Source: Candidatus Sulfomarinibacteraceae bacterium (GTDB lineage: Bacteria; Acidobacteriota; Thermoanaerobaculia; Thermoanaerobaculales; Sulfomarinibacteraceae). Taken from it: a DNA stretch of 64,000 bases. A program made the translations under genes and the position numbers. Below the pieces are notes generated by a model. That model was given only the letters and a program-made list of their open reading frames with translations. It searched no databases and was not told where the DNA came from. Below, one piece after another: positions 10,701-21,499 of the stretch. Each line of letters opens with the position of its first letter. Positions within the stretch are counted from its first letter, which is position 1. The stretch spans positions 672,001-736,000 of the forward strand of contig CAWCLO010000010.1 of the NCBI GenBank assembly GCA_963796455.1, in the 5' to 3' direction.

Positions 10701-11368
10701 ATGCAACGGCAGTTCGAAGAAGAGTTGGATGAACTGAAACGCACCATTCTTTCGATGGCGGGGCAGGTGGAGAAATGTCTCGATGACATGGCCACCGCCC
10801 TGGCAGGACAGGACAATGAGCTCGCCGAGTCGGTCATCGAGATGGATGAGGAGATCGACCAGTACGAGGTCGAGATCGACCGTTTGGCAACCGAGTTCAT
10901 TGCCCGTTACCAACCGACGGCAACCGATCTCCGCTTTGTGATCGTTGCCATCAAGCTGGGGCCGGAACTCGAGCGGATCGCCGACAACGCGGTCAATATT
11001 GCCGAGCGCGTTCTTCATCTGAGCAAATACCCCCAGATCGAGCCTCTGGTGGATCTCCCACGCATGCTCGGTCTCGCACACGCCATGGTCACCGACGCAA
11101 TCGGCGCCTATGTGGCCCGGGATGCGAAGGCGGCGCGGCAGGTGATCCTCCGTGACGATGAGGTCGACGCGCTCTATCTTCAGATCTTCAGGGTGCTCCT
11201 CACTTTCATGATCGAGGACCCGAAGACGATCTCCCGGGCGATCGATTTGATCCTCGTCGCGCGTTATGTTGAACGCATCGCCGACCAGGCAACCAATATT
11301 GCCGAAGAGGTGGTGTATCTGGTCGAGGCGACCCCGATCCGTCACGTCTATCCGATTTCCGAGGAACC

Positions 11369-11372
<4 letters not shown>
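10701..11372 (+). CDS. phoU: phosphate signalling complex protein PhoU
   Basis: QPTATDLR, ELERIADNAVNIA and ERIADQATNIAEEV repeats. Confidence 0.95.
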
Positions 11373-12054
<682 letters not shown>

Positions 12055-12058
<4 letters not shown>

Positions 12059-13329
12059 AACGAAGGCGCCACGTCCTGACCGCCATCCTCGGGGGCCTCC
12101 CATTGCTCGTGCTCGGCCTTGTTTGGGCTTCGGGACGCAGCGCTGGGGCGCTGTGGTTCACCGGACTATTCTGGGCCCTGGCGGTGGTTGTGCTCGAGTG
12201 GGTGACCTGGCGAACGGTTGCCGCCCCGGTGCGCGAGATGATGCGGGACCTCGATGTAGGTGATGCTCGCCAGGCTCGGCGGGCGGTGAAATCGCTTCGT
12301 GAAACATCGGCGGCCTGCGAGTCGGAACGAATGCGGACCTCAGAACTCCTCGAGGACCTGACCAGGAGCCTCGGCGACGGCCTGTTGGTGGTTGCCTCCG
12401 ATCTTTCGATCCGGCTCATCAATCCGGCGGCAATTCGGTTTTGCGGTGTGGATCAGGTGGCACCCGGGACCCATTTCCTCGAGATCATGCGACACCCTGA
12501 TGTTGTGGAAGCGGTCGAAAAAGCAGCCGGCGGAAGCCCACACGACCCTGTGATCCTGGAAAATTCACGCGGCCTTTGGGAGGTGCACGCTTTCCCGGTT
12601 CGCGGTGGTGGCTCGGTGGTTCTTTTCAGCGACATCGGATTGGTGCGCCGGGCGGCAGAGTTCAGACGGCGCTTCGTCCAGGATCTTTCACACGAGCTTC
12701 GCTCGCCTCTGACGGTGCTGCGAACCACAGTGGAGACCCTCGAGGAGCAGGTCGAACCGCAGATCGCTGCGATGTTGGTCCGTCAGGTGGAGCGCATCGA
12801 CCGGCTGACCGCCGAGCTCTACGAACTCGCCTCGATCGAAGCCGGCGCGGTGGAACTCCAGCTGGAGTCGGTGCCGGTTTCGGTTGTGGTTCGGGAGATC
12901 CTGGCAGACTTTCAGCCCGAGGCGGAACGGGCGGAAGTCGTGCTCGAGTTCGAGGCTTGCGATGATTTGAAATGCTGGTGTGACCGTCGCGGCCTGTACC
13001 GGGTCCTGAGCAATCTCGTCGACAACGCCATCAAATACAACCGCCCCGAAGGGTGGGTCCGGGTGCGAGCGCGCCCGGCGGAGGAACTGGTCGAACTCGA
13101 GGTGTCCGACAGCGGCGAGGGAATTCCCCCAAGCGAGCTGCAGGCGGTTCTGCAGCGCTTTTACCGCGTCGATCGAGCCCGGACGCCGGGTGACGGGGGG
13201 CTCGGTCTCGGTCTGGCCATCGTCAAGCACATGGTCCACCACATGGGCGGGAAGTTGGCCCTCGATTCCCGTCAGCAGGTGGGAACCACTGTGACCCTCA
13301 GCTTCCCGATCGTCTCGACGACCTCCTGA
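12055..13329 (+). CDS. phoR: PhoR-like sensor histidine kinase
   Basis: GTG overlaps the phoB stop; two TM segments, PAS-like region, DLSHELRSPLT, NLVDNAIKY, FYRVDRAR, GLGLGLAIVKH. Confidence 0.88.
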
Positions 13330-13339
13330 CGGTTGCGGG

Positions 13340-14032
13340 CTATTCGTCGTCGACCAGGTTCTCCAGGTCGTCTTCCCGAAAGCCGATCCGGTCGAAGGGG
13401 TTGACGACGCTCGACGCGATATTCATGAGGTGAGCCGAGATCCTCTTCAGGAAGCGCACGTAAAGCGCCGCGCTGACAGCCTCCCGGCACACCAGATCGG
13501 GGTCCTCGCGCACGATCAAACTGTTCAGGATCTCGTCGGCACGGCGGGCGATCCACCAGTGCTCGGACATCACTTCTTTTGCCTTGGCCTCGTCGCCTTT
13601 CGGCAGCGCCTCGATCAGAAGAGTGAACATGGTCTTGACGGTTGTTTCGATTTTCCGGATGTCTTCCTCGAGGGAGCCGCAGTGGAGCTTGCCGGGATGT
13701 CGCAGGGCGAGGTCGACGATGTTCTTGGTCAGGTCTCCGATGCGTTCGATGTCGATGACGATGCTGACGAGGGCGAGACCGGCGGCGATGCTCTGACTCG
13801 AAGTCAGCGCGAGGTGGGTCAGGACCTTGCGACGGACTTCCCTCTCATAGGCGTTGATCATCTGATCCCTGGCGTAGATATCGAGTTCGATCTTTGCGTC
13901 GTCATGCTCACGAAGTGAGCTGGAGGCGGCGAGAAACATCTCGCGATCGGCTTCGAGCATCTCCAGGGACCTGTCGTAGGCCTGTTGGAGCAGATTATCT
14001 TTGCGAAATAGTTCAAAGAACTGTTTGATCAT
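13340..14032 (-). CDS. PhoU-domain protein
   Basis: INAYEREVRRKVL, DIERIGDLTKNI, RFLKRISAH; downstream of the Na/Pi transporter. Confidence 0.8.
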   Translation of the reverse strand: MIKQFFELFRKDNLLQQAYDRSLEMLEADREMFLAASSSLREHDDAKIELDIYARDQMINAYEREVRRKVLTHLALTSSQSIAAGLALVSIVIDIERIGDLTKNIVDLALRHPGKLHCGSLEEDIRKIETTVKTMFTLLIEALPKGDEAKAKEVMSEHWWIARRADEILNSLIVREDPDLVCREAVSAALYVRFLKRISAHLMNIASSVVNPFDRIGFREDDLENLVDDE

Positions 14033-14035
14033 CTT

Positions 14036-15169
14036 TCACCTCAGTACGAGAATCGCCGCAAATGGCACGGCATAGAAACAAACCAGAACATAGGCGATCG
14101 CGATCCATCGATGGTTGGCCGCAATCTCCGCAAACCCTCTGGCCAACCGAATAGGAATATTGCGAATGAATCGAATCGGCCAGATCAAAACGATGCCGCA
14201 GATATTGAACAAGAAGTGTGCGAATGCCACGGTCACAGCGCTGATCTCTCCCACCGCCAGTGCTGCGAGCATGGCGGTGATTGTGGTGCCGATATTCGCC
14301 CCCAGAGTGTAGGGAAAGATCTGTTGCAGCGTCAGGATGCCGGCGCCTGCGAGGGGCACGGCCAGCGAGGTCGTGATGCTCGAAGATTGCACGAGGACGG
14401 TGATCAGCAGACCGAAAACCATGGCCCGGCCCGTGTTGGCAAACAGGGTGCTGTCGAAAAAGGCTTCGACTCGACCGATGACAAGCGCTTTGAGCATCAC
14501 CACCAGATAGCGGAGGGTGGCAAACATGATGGCGAGGGCCAGAATGAGCATCAGCCAGGGATGGCCCTCGAGCATCGTGGCCGCGGCTTTGACAGTCGGT
14601 CCGGTGATCATCTTGAGGGGGCTTGCAAAGGTGAGACCGCCGACCTCTGCGAAGATATCTGCGAGTCTCGCAGCCATAATGCCGAGAAAATTGGTCGCCA
14701 CTTGCAGTGGAAACAGGATAACCACCGCCAGTATGTTGAAAAAGTCATGGATGGTCGAGGCGGCAAAAGCGCGCTGGAACTCGCGACCGTGACCGATGTG
14801 TCCGATGCTGACCAGGGTGTTGGTCACCGAGGTCCCGATGTTGGCTCCCATGACGATCGGTATGGCGGTCTCGATGGGCATCGTGCCGCCGCCGACCATG
14901 GCCACCACCAGCGATGTGGTGGTTGACGATGATTGCACCAGGGTGGTCGCGAGGACGCCGACGAACAATCCCACCAGAGGATCGGACGCGCTTTCAATGA
15001 GGTTGCCGACGACCCCGCCCGAGAACATTTTGAATGCTTTGCCGAGCATCCCGATGCTGACCAGGAAACCGTACAAAAGCAGGAGGAGTGAGACCAGGCG
15101 TGTGCCGACGCGGCTCCATTCCTTCGCCGCGCCGGTCTGCGTCTGGTGGCTGCTACTGCCATCTCTCAT
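14036..15169 (-). CDS. Na/Pi cotransporter (NptA/SLC34 family)
   Basis: Two QSSS(T/I)T repeats and two GANIGT motifs. Confidence 0.9.
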   Translation of the reverse strand: MRDGSSSHQTQTGAAKEWSRVGTRLVSLLLLLYGFLVSIGMLGKAFKMFSGGVVGNLIESASDPLVGLFVGVLATTLVQSSSTTTSLVVAMVGGGTMPIETAIPIVMGANIGTSVTNTLVSIGHIGHGREFQRAFAASTIHDFFNILAVVILFPLQVATNFLGIMAARLADIFAEVGGLTFASPLKMITGPTVKAAATMLEGHPWLMLILALAIMFATLRYLVVMLKALVIGRVEAFFDSTLFANTGRAMVFGLLITVLVQSSSITTSLAVPLAGAGILTLQQIFPYTLGANIGTTITAMLAALAVGEISAVTVAFAHFLFNICGIVLIWPIRFIRNIPIRLARGFAEIAANHRWIAIAYVLVCFYAVPFAAILVLR

Positions 15170-15279
15170 CGGGTGAATCGCCTCCCTGGCGCGAGGGTTT
15201 CAAGCCGCAAGGCGGCTCGATGCTGCGGCGTCATCCTAGCAGCAACAACTGCCGATTATTTGGACCCGATCCGGAATGT

Positions 15280-17559
15280 TCAGGCAGTTGCGCCGACTTC
15301 CTCGTCCGAATCCCCGTCCTTTGTGCCGTTGGGTTGAAAGGGCTCTTCGAAGACGGTCAGGAGATTGGCTGTCTGCTCCGCGATCTTGAGGCAGTCCCAG
15401 GCCAGGCTGTAAGACAGGATGCTGAGTCTGGTCTTGGACGTGTTGTCCTGGATGCGGCGCACCTGATTGTCATCGAATGACTGCAGGAGACTGCGGAGTT
15501 CGGCGGCGGCCCCGGAGATCGCCTCGAGATCCGGCTTTGTCCGGTGCGACATGGCGTCAGATGTTCGGTCGAGGACGGCGTAGGTCACCTGAGCCATTCG
15601 GTCGAGTTCTTCGATCTGGGCTTCCAGCAAACCCGAGTGCTGGTTGGCGACGTGGACATAGGCGCGCATGACCACGTCGCGGACGCTTTCTGAGATCTCC
15701 TGGAGCGAAGAGATGGTCTGGGCAAAACGAGTGGTGTCGACCGGGATGTTCTCTCGCCCAAGCAGTCGAAGAACCTTGAAGATGTTGGCCGCGATGATAT
15801 TGGACCACCGCTGCAGTTCCCGCTGGTGTTCGCGTGCGGTTTTCAGCTGAGTGCGATCGAGCGCGAAGAGGCCGTCGAAGGTGATCTTCAGCGTGTTTCG
15901 AACTTCACGTAGAAAGATGGCGGCGTGGTCAAAAGTCGTGCTGGCGGCGGCCGGCGCATCGGTGATTTTGCTGAGGTTGAAGACATCGAGCGCCTTCTCT
16001 TCTTTTTCGCGGACATGGTGGAGGCGTCGGGTCCGGATGAGCAGCAGGATCGCGATGCAGCCGATGCCGAAAATCGCGAGGATCTTGCCGAAATACAGGG
16101 CGACCGCAAAAACGGCGGCCACGGTGAAGGCCATCATTGCGGTGAAGAACCACCCCCCGATCACCGTCAAAACCCCGCTGACCCGATACACGGCGCTTTC
16201 ACGGCCCCAGGCCTGGTCTGAGAAGGAAGTCCCCATCGCCACCATGAAGGTCACGTAAGTGGTCGAAAGCGGCAGCTTGAACGATGTTGCGAGGGAGATC
16301 AACGCGGCCGCCACCATCAGATTGACCCCGGCCCGGACGAGGTCGAAGGATGGCACGGTGCCATCAATTGCGAGCGCCGGGCGGAATTGGGAGCGGTCGA
16401 GACGACGGTTCACCCAACGTCTGAACGACCCTGGGGCCAGGCGGGCGGCGATCGCCATATACGACGAGACCGACCGGACGATGGCTCGGGAGAGCGCCGT
16501 CGATTCGAAACGTTCATAACCCTCTTCCTGACGGCCGAGACGAAGCTCGGTCTTGGTCACGGTCCGTGCTTTGCGCGAGACCCACAGGGTGATCACCATG
16601 ATGATTCCCGCAAGGAGGAGAAACAGCGTATTTGATCGAACCGGTTCGGTCAGGGCCTCCATCGTCGCGGTCATCGGATCGGCAGCGGTGCCCGCCTCCG
16701 TGTAGGCGGCGAGTCCGGCCAGCGGAACGCCGATGAAGTTGACCAGATCGTTGGCGGCAAAGGCCATTGCGAGGGCAAAGGTCCCGACGAGAACGACGAC
16801 CTTGAGGGGTTTGACCTTGGCTGCAACCATCAGAAGTTGCAGGAAGAGTGCCGAGACCACAAACGAACCGAGCAGCATGGTGGCGGTGTGGCTCTTGATC
16901 CACTGCAGGGTCTCGGGGGTGATGAACGAGGCTCCCTTGGCTCCTTTGATGAGGATGAAATAGGTGATGCTCGCCAGGGCCGCTCCACCCCATAGGGCGC
17001 CGTATCGTTTCATTCGAGACTCATAGTCAAAGGTGAACAGGAGCCTGGTGGCGATTTGGACGATGGCACCGACCACAAAAGCGACCACCACCGATAACAG
17101 GATTCCGGAGATGATGGCCAGTGCCTTGCTGGAGTTGATGTAATTCATGACCTCGCCGATGCCCTGGCCGGCGGTGAAGATCTTGAGCAGAGAGACTGCA
17201 ACAGCGGCGCCGAGCAGTTCGAAGACGATCGAGACCGTGGTCGAGGTCGGCAGCCCGAATGTGTTGTAGAGATCGAGGAGGATGATATCGGTGAGCATGA
17301 CGGCGAGAAAGATCGTCATCAATTCGGGCATGGTAAAGAACTGCGGATTGAAGATCCCCTTGCGGGCGACTTCCATCATGCCGCTCGAAAACAGCACTCC
17401 CGCCAACATGCCGAGGCTGGCGATGACCATGATGACGGTTCGCGGGGCCACCTTCGAACCGATGGACGAATTGAGGAAGTTGACGGCGTCGTTGCTGACG
17501 CCGACGACGAGATCGGAGACAGCGAGCGCGAAGAGAACGATCAGTGCAAGCTCGAACAT
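15280..17559 (-). CDS. inorganic phosphate transporter (PiT family) with C-terminal PhoU-like helical region
   Basis: GVSNDAVN, GLPTSTT, AANDLVN and LPLSTTY motifs; GAGGTG RBS before ATG 17559. Confidence 0.88.
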   Translation of the reverse strand: MFELALIVLFALAVSDLVVGVSNDAVNFLNSSIGSKVAPRTVIMVIASLGMLAGVLFSSGMMEVARKGIFNPQFFTMPELMTIFLAVMLTDIILLDLYNTFGLPTSTTVSIVFELLGAAVAVSLLKIFTAGQGIGEVMNYINSSKALAIISGILLSVVVAFVVGAIVQIATRLLFTFDYESRMKRYGALWGGAALASITYFILIKGAKGASFITPETLQWIKSHTATMLLGSFVVSALFLQLLMVAAKVKPLKVVVLVGTFALAMAFAANDLVNFIGVPLAGLAAYTEAGTAADPMTATMEALTEPVRSNTLFLLLAGIIMVITLWVSRKARTVTKTELRLGRQEEGYERFESTALSRAIVRSVSSYMAIAARLAPGSFRRWVNRRLDRSQFRPALAIDGTVPSFDLVRAGVNLMVAAALISLATSFKLPLSTTYVTFMVAMGTSFSDQAWGRESAVYRVSGVLTVIGGWFFTAMMAFTVAAVFAVALYFGKILAIFGIGCIAILLLIRTRRLHHVREKEEKALDVFNLSKITDAPAAASTTFDHAAIFLREVRNTLKITFDGLFALDRTQLKTAREHQRELQRWSNIIAANIFKVLRLLGRENIPVDTTRFAQTISSLQEISESVRDVVMRAYVHVANQHSGLLEAQIEELDRMAQVTYAVLDRTSDAMSHRTKPDLEAISGAAAELRSLLQSFDDNQVRRIQDNTSKTRLSILSYSLAWDCLKIAEQTANLLTVFEEPFQPNGTKDGDSDEEVGATA

Positions 17560-17668
17560 TTTCACCTCGTTCGGAAAGCTTCGACGATCCCGGTCGTGGG
17601 GATTCTGCGCGACGATTCTACAGCAACGGGCTCCGGTCGACGGGCTGAAACTTTGTTAGGCTGTCCCG

Positions 17669-18547
17669 GTGCGCATCATCGTCAATCCGGCGGCTGCGGG
17701 CGGCCGAGTCGGTCGTGAATGGCCGCGTCTCGAGCAACGGCTCGGGGACTACGGCCTGAATGCAACCGCTGTCATGACCGAGGCCCCGGGGCACGCAGCT
17801 GAGTTGGCTGCTGCGGCCGTTCACGACGGCGAGCGTCGCGTGGTTGTTGCTGGGGGCGACGGCACTCTGTGCGAGGCGGTCGATGGGTTGTACCGGGCAG
17901 GCAGTTGCGAGCTTGCACTGCTGCCGCTTGGAACCGGCAACGACGCCGCTCGGACCCTGGGGATCCCCCTCGATCTCGAAGAAGCGGCCCGCGCCGCGGT
18001 CGATGGGGTGGTGAGGAAGGTCGATCTGATCCGCTTCGGCAATCGGGTCATCGTCAATGCCGCCGGAATCGGGTTGATCGGAGACATCAATGACCGGGCC
18101 GAGCGGATCAAGTGGATCCGGGGCATTGCCGTTTATCTCGTCGCCGCACTTTCAGCGCTTTTTCGGTACCGGATGCAGCGAGTCCGGATGGTCACCGAAG
18201 AGGGCTCCTACGAAGGCTCGATGGTGATCCTCGCGGTCCACGGCGGGCCCACGACCGGCGGCGGCTTCGAGCTCACACCCGCGGCCCTACCAGACGACGG
18301 TCTGCTCGATGCCTGTCTGGTCGAAGAGGTTGGTCCGATCGGGCGATTAGTCAGGCTAGCGGCCGCGATGCGGGGCGGGCTCGGAGATTTGAAGGGTACT
18401 CATATGGTGCAGTCGCCGTGGCTCGAGCTCCACTTTGAACGGCCTCTGCCGGCTCACTTCGATGGCAACTCCGTGACTCTCGAGCCCCCTCTGGCACGAT
18501 TTGAGGTCCTCCCGGCGGCCCTCAGCGTGGTCGTGCCAAACCGGTAG
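17669..18547 (+). CDS. diacylglycerol/lipid kinase family protein (YegS/DagK-like)
   Basis: IVNPAA, AGGDGT, PLGTGNDAAR, PDDGLLD, FDG. Confidence 0.9.
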   Translation: MRIIVNPAAAGGRVGREWPRLEQRLGDYGLNATAVMTEAPGHAAELAAAAVHDGERRVVVAGGDGTLCEAVDGLYRAGSCELALLPLGTGNDAARTLGIPLDLEEAARAAVDGVVRKVDLIRFGNRVIVNAAGIGLIGDINDRAERIKWIRGIAVYLVAALSALFRYRMQRVRMVTEEGSYEGSMVILAVHGGPTTGGGFELTPAALPDDGLLDACLVEEVGPIGRLVRLAAAMRGGLGDLKGTHMVQSPWLELHFERPLPAHFDGNSVTLEPPLARFEVLPAALSVVVPNR

Positions 18548-18571
18548 GTCGAAGGAACCATCCCATCTCAC

Positions 18572-18630
18572 AACCGCAGATAGCGCAGATGGACGCAGAT
18601 AAAAGTAAATCACCCGCGTGATCCGCGGTT
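18572..18630. repeat. inverted CGCAGAT-type arrays bounded by AACCGC...GCGGTT
   Basis: AACCGCAGAT AGCGCAGAT GGACGCAGAT ... CCCGCGTG ATCCGCGGTT. Confidence 0.75.
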
Positions 18631-18682
18631 TCTCCGGACGATTGTCGTTTCGAAGCCCGTGAGTCGGAGTGGGCCTTGCCGT

Positions 18683-18713
18683 GTCAACCGCGGCCCCCCG
18701 GCCTTCGTCGTAC
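18683..18713 (+). promoter_or_regulatory. ECF-type promoter (AAC-N17-CGTC), probably autoregulatory
   Basis: GTCAAC (AAC 18686-18688), 17-nt spacer, CGTCGTA from 18706, directly upstream of the ECF sigma gene. Confidence 0.55.
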
Positions 18714-18717
18714 TAAT

Positions 18718-19320
18718 ATGTTACGGGCTCAAACCATGGATCCATCCCGAAACGATTTTTCCCAGGGAGACGATGCGCTCGTCATGCGGGCCAGGAACGG
18801 TGACCGCGAGGCCTTCGGCGAGTTGGTCAACCGGCATCAGCGCCGCGTGTGGATGGTGTGCCGGCAGTATGTGGGTGTCGACGAGGCGGATGCGGCGGCT
18901 CAGGACAGCCTGGTCAAGGCCTATACAAGGATCGGCGATTTCGATCAGCGGGCGGCCTTCTCGACCTGGCTCACCCGGATCGCCATCAACACCTGTCTCG
19001 ACATGCTGCGCAAGCACCGGCGGCGGGGAGAAGTAACGGATGCGGCGGACGACGAGGAGGGTGGGAGTGTGCTCGAACTGGTGCCGGATGACCAGGTCGG
19101 ACCCGAAACCCGGACCATCCAGCGGCAGACAGTCGCCACCCTCAAAGAACTCGAAGAAGGACTGCCGTCAAGGCAACGAGAGATCTTCAGGCTGCGCTTC
19201 TTTGCCGAGATGGAGCTTGAAGAGATCGCAGAGACTCTGGGTGTCCACGTGGGCACAGTCAAGACGCAGTTGCACCGCGCAGTGCACAGGCTGCGGGAAG
19301 AATTGGGAGCGTACCGATGA
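18718..19320 (+). CDS. ECF RNA polymerase sigma factor
   Basis: GDREAFGELV, FSTWLTRIAINTCLD, EIAETLGVHVGTVKTQLHRA; start may instead be 18736. Confidence 0.92.
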   Translation: MLRAQTMDPSRNDFSQGDDALVMRARNGDREAFGELVNRHQRRVWMVCRQYVGVDEADAAAQDSLVKAYTRIGDFDQRAAFSTWLTRIAINTCLDMLRKHRRRGEVTDAADDEEGGSVLELVPDDQVGPETRTIQRQTVATLKELEEGLPSRQREIFRLRFFAEMELEEIAETLGVHVGTVKTQLHRAVHRLREELGAYR

Positions 19321-19787
19321 AACACCTTGAAGACCACGAGATCGCGGCCGCCCTTGCCGGCGAACCCCTCGAGTCGAGCAGCGACGAGCATCTTGCGGGA
19401 TGTCTGGCATGCCGGCAACAGGTGACCGAACTCGAGGCGTTGATTTCCGAGCGCCGAGAATCGCTCGAGACCGAGGTGCCCGATTGGGAAGAACAACGGC
19501 GGGCGGTCCTCGACCGGCTCGGCGACCCACCGGCAGCGGCCCGAAGCCAATCGCATTGGCGGCGCGCACTTCTCGCGGCCGCGGCGGTTGTCCTGCTGGC
19601 AATCGGTGTGCGGGAGCTGACGGTTCCCCAGATCACCACAGTCCCTGGAGTCGACAACGAAATCCAGATCGAAAAAATCCTCGCCGAGGTCGAGGCGGTC
19701 CTGTCCGACGACAGTCTGCCCGGTTTCGAATCGATCGATCCGGGTTTCGATGATCCCGAGAGCATGATTGCCAATGGAACGTCGTGA
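19317..19787 (+). CDS. zinc-binding anti-sigma factor (ZAS) with one TM helix
   Basis: HLAGCLAC (HxxxCxxC); TM ALLAAAAVVLLAIGV; overlaps the sigma stop codon. Confidence 0.82.
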   Translation: MKHLEDHEIAAALAGEPLESSSDEHLAGCLACRQQVTELEALISERRESLETEVPDWEEQRRAVLDRLGDPPAAARSQSHWRRALLAAAAVVLLAIGVRELTVPQITTVPGVDNEIQIEKILAEVEAVLSDDSLPGFESIDPGFDDPESMIANGTS

Positions 19788-19809
19788 GCGGGCCAGAGCG
19801 GAGGTCAAG

Positions 19810-20301
19810 ATGAAGAAAGCATTGATGATATTGATAGTTCTCATGGTCGCAGGCCCCTTGATTGCTGCGGAGTTCGATCTGCCGCCCGGCAAGTGGTGGG
19901 AGAACCCGCGGGTGGCGGAGCGGATTGGTTTGACCGAGGAGCAACAGAAGCAGATCCGTGACGTCGTGTATGACCATGCGCGGCGGATGATCGATCTCAA
20001 GGCCGACGTCGATCGATCGGGGCTCGATTTGAAGCAGGCGGTCGACCGGGATGATTTTGCACCCGACGCGGTGCGTTCGGCGTACGTCGCGTTTCAGAAT
20101 GCCCGTCACAAGCTCGAGAACGAGCGTTTCGAGATGCTTCTGGCGGTACGGCAGCTCATCACCACGGAACAGTGGAAGTCGCTTCAGGAGATTCGGCGAC
20201 GTTTCCAGGAACAACGTGGAGAACAGCGCCGACCGGGCCAGCGCGGCCAGGGAGGGCAGATGCCTCCCGAGGGGCAACGTCCACCGGAGCAGCGCTACTG
20301 A
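19810..20301 (+). CDS. periplasmic Spy/CpxP-like (LTxxQ) protein
   Basis: GGAGG RBS; signal peptide; GKWW, GLTEEQ and LITTEQW motifs. Confidence 0.8.
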   Translation: MKKALMILIVLMVAGPLIAAEFDLPPGKWWENPRVAERIGLTEEQQKQIRDVVYDHARRMIDLKADVDRSGLDLKQAVDRDDFAPDAVRSAYVAFQNARHKLENERFEMLLAVRQLITTEQWKSLQEIRRRFQEQRGEQRRPGQRGQGGQMPPEGQRPPEQRY

Positions 20302-20324
20302 GGTCGCGAGCCGATGATCGAACC

Positions 20325-20349
20325 ACGGGCCCTTCGGGGCCCGTTTTTT
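20325..20349 (+). terminator. intrinsic terminator
   Basis: ACGGGCCC-TTCG-GGGCCCGT followed by a T run. Confidence 0.9.
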
Positions 20350-20357
20350 CAACCAGG

Positions 20358-20716
20358 GCTCGATGTTCGACGGTGGATCACCGCTGTCCAAAACACAGCT
20401 TACAGCGGCAGTGTTCAGCGACGGCGACAGTGACCAGCGACCGGGAACAGCGACAGAGGACAGCGGCGGCGGCAGGGGACAGCGATCAGGAGTCCGGTCG
20501 GCGAGTTCGGTCCCCGCGAACCAGGCGAAAGGCGACGGCCGAGTCTGTTCCCCGCCCCTGACCCTGATAACCGTCGCTGATATCTGTCGCTGTTGACTGG
20601 CCCTGCCGCTGACTGCTTTTCGCTGACCCTGTCTGCCGTTCTCCACCCCTGATATCGTGGCGAAGCGTATCGACTGATCGCGCCACCGAGCATCCAGCAT
20701 CCAGCATCGAGGATCG
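20358..20716. repeat. composite inverted repeat element: outer GATGCT(C/G)/CAGCATC heptamers, inner degenerate CAGCGA/TCGCTG hexamers
   Basis: Inner arms about 20395-20490 and 20556-20640; outer right arm (CAGCATC)n 20688-20716; same architecture at 47163-47520. Confidence 0.75.
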
Positions 20717-20773
20717 GGTGGTCGGTCGGCCTTTCCACGGCACCGTCCAAAGGGCGAAACGGGGTGGAACTCC

Positions 20774-20802
20774 TTGACAGCAAACGCCCTGTCTGTTACA
20801 AA
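20774..20802 (+). promoter_or_regulatory. sigma70-type promoter for rplU-rpmA
   Basis: TTGACA 20774-20779, 17-bp spacer, TGnTACAAA. Confidence 0.55.
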
Positions 20803-20834
20803 TACGACCCCTTTGTGCAGGGGAGAGGTGTGGA

Positions 20835-21158
20835 ATGACTGATTATGCAGTAGTTGAACATGGCGGCAAACAGTACCGGGTCAGCCCCGGCGATGAGCTG
20901 CTGGTCGAACGAACCGTGCCTGACCTCAAAAAGGGCGATGCCCTGGTCTTTGATCGGGTCATGTTGATCAGCAAGGGCAAAGGTGTCCAGGTCGGACAGC
21001 CTTTGGTCGATGGCGCATCCGTCAAGAGTCAGATCCTGGCTGCGGAGCGGGGCGACAAGATCATTGTTTTCAAGAAAAAACGCCGCAAGGGTTATAAGCG
21101 GAAGAACGGTCATCGGCAGGACTATTATCGGGTCCGGGTCGAGGCCATTGAGGCGTAG
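20835..21158 (+). CDS. rplU: 50S ribosomal protein L21
   Basis: [13 protein letters not shown] ... [16 protein letters not shown]. Confidence 0.98.
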   Translation: MTDYAVVEHGGKQYRVSPGDELLVERTVPDLKKGDALVFDRVMLISKGKGVQVGQPLVDGASVKSQILAAERGDKIIVFKKKRRKGYKRKNGHRQDYYRVRVEAIEA

Positions 21159-21166
21159 GGGGATCT

Positions 21167-21421
21167 ATGGCGCACAAAAAAGGACAGGGCTCGAGCCGCA
21201 ACGGTCGTGATTCCAATTCCCAGCGTCTCGGTACCAAGGTTGGTGACGGCCAGACGGTGACATCAGGCACCATCCTGGTGCGGCAGCGTGGCACGCATTT
21301 CAAGCCCGGCGACAACGTCAAAAGAGGTCGCGACGACACTCTTTTTGCGACCTCGCACGGTCAGGTCAAATTTTTGAACCGCGGTCGGCTCGGTCGGTTC
21401 ATCAGCATCGTTGCCAACTGA
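21167..21421 (+). CDS. rpmA: 50S ribosomal protein L27
   Basis: [16 protein letters not shown] ... ILVRQRGT. Confidence 0.98.
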   Translation: MAHKKGQGSSRNGRDSNSQRLGTKVGDGQTVTSGTILVRQRGTHFKPGDNVKRGRDDTLFATSHGQVKFLNRGRLGRFISIVAN

Positions 21422-21499
21422 CACCCCAATCAGATGAAGACGGCACGAGTAGAGCTCGCACGCCAGGCTGCGTGGTGGGCGGAGTGCCGTTGACGAACC

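Noticed and set aside
17600..17660. Pho box upstream of the PiT operon
   Set aside because: Only one TAACA-like hexamer, without 11-bp periodic partners
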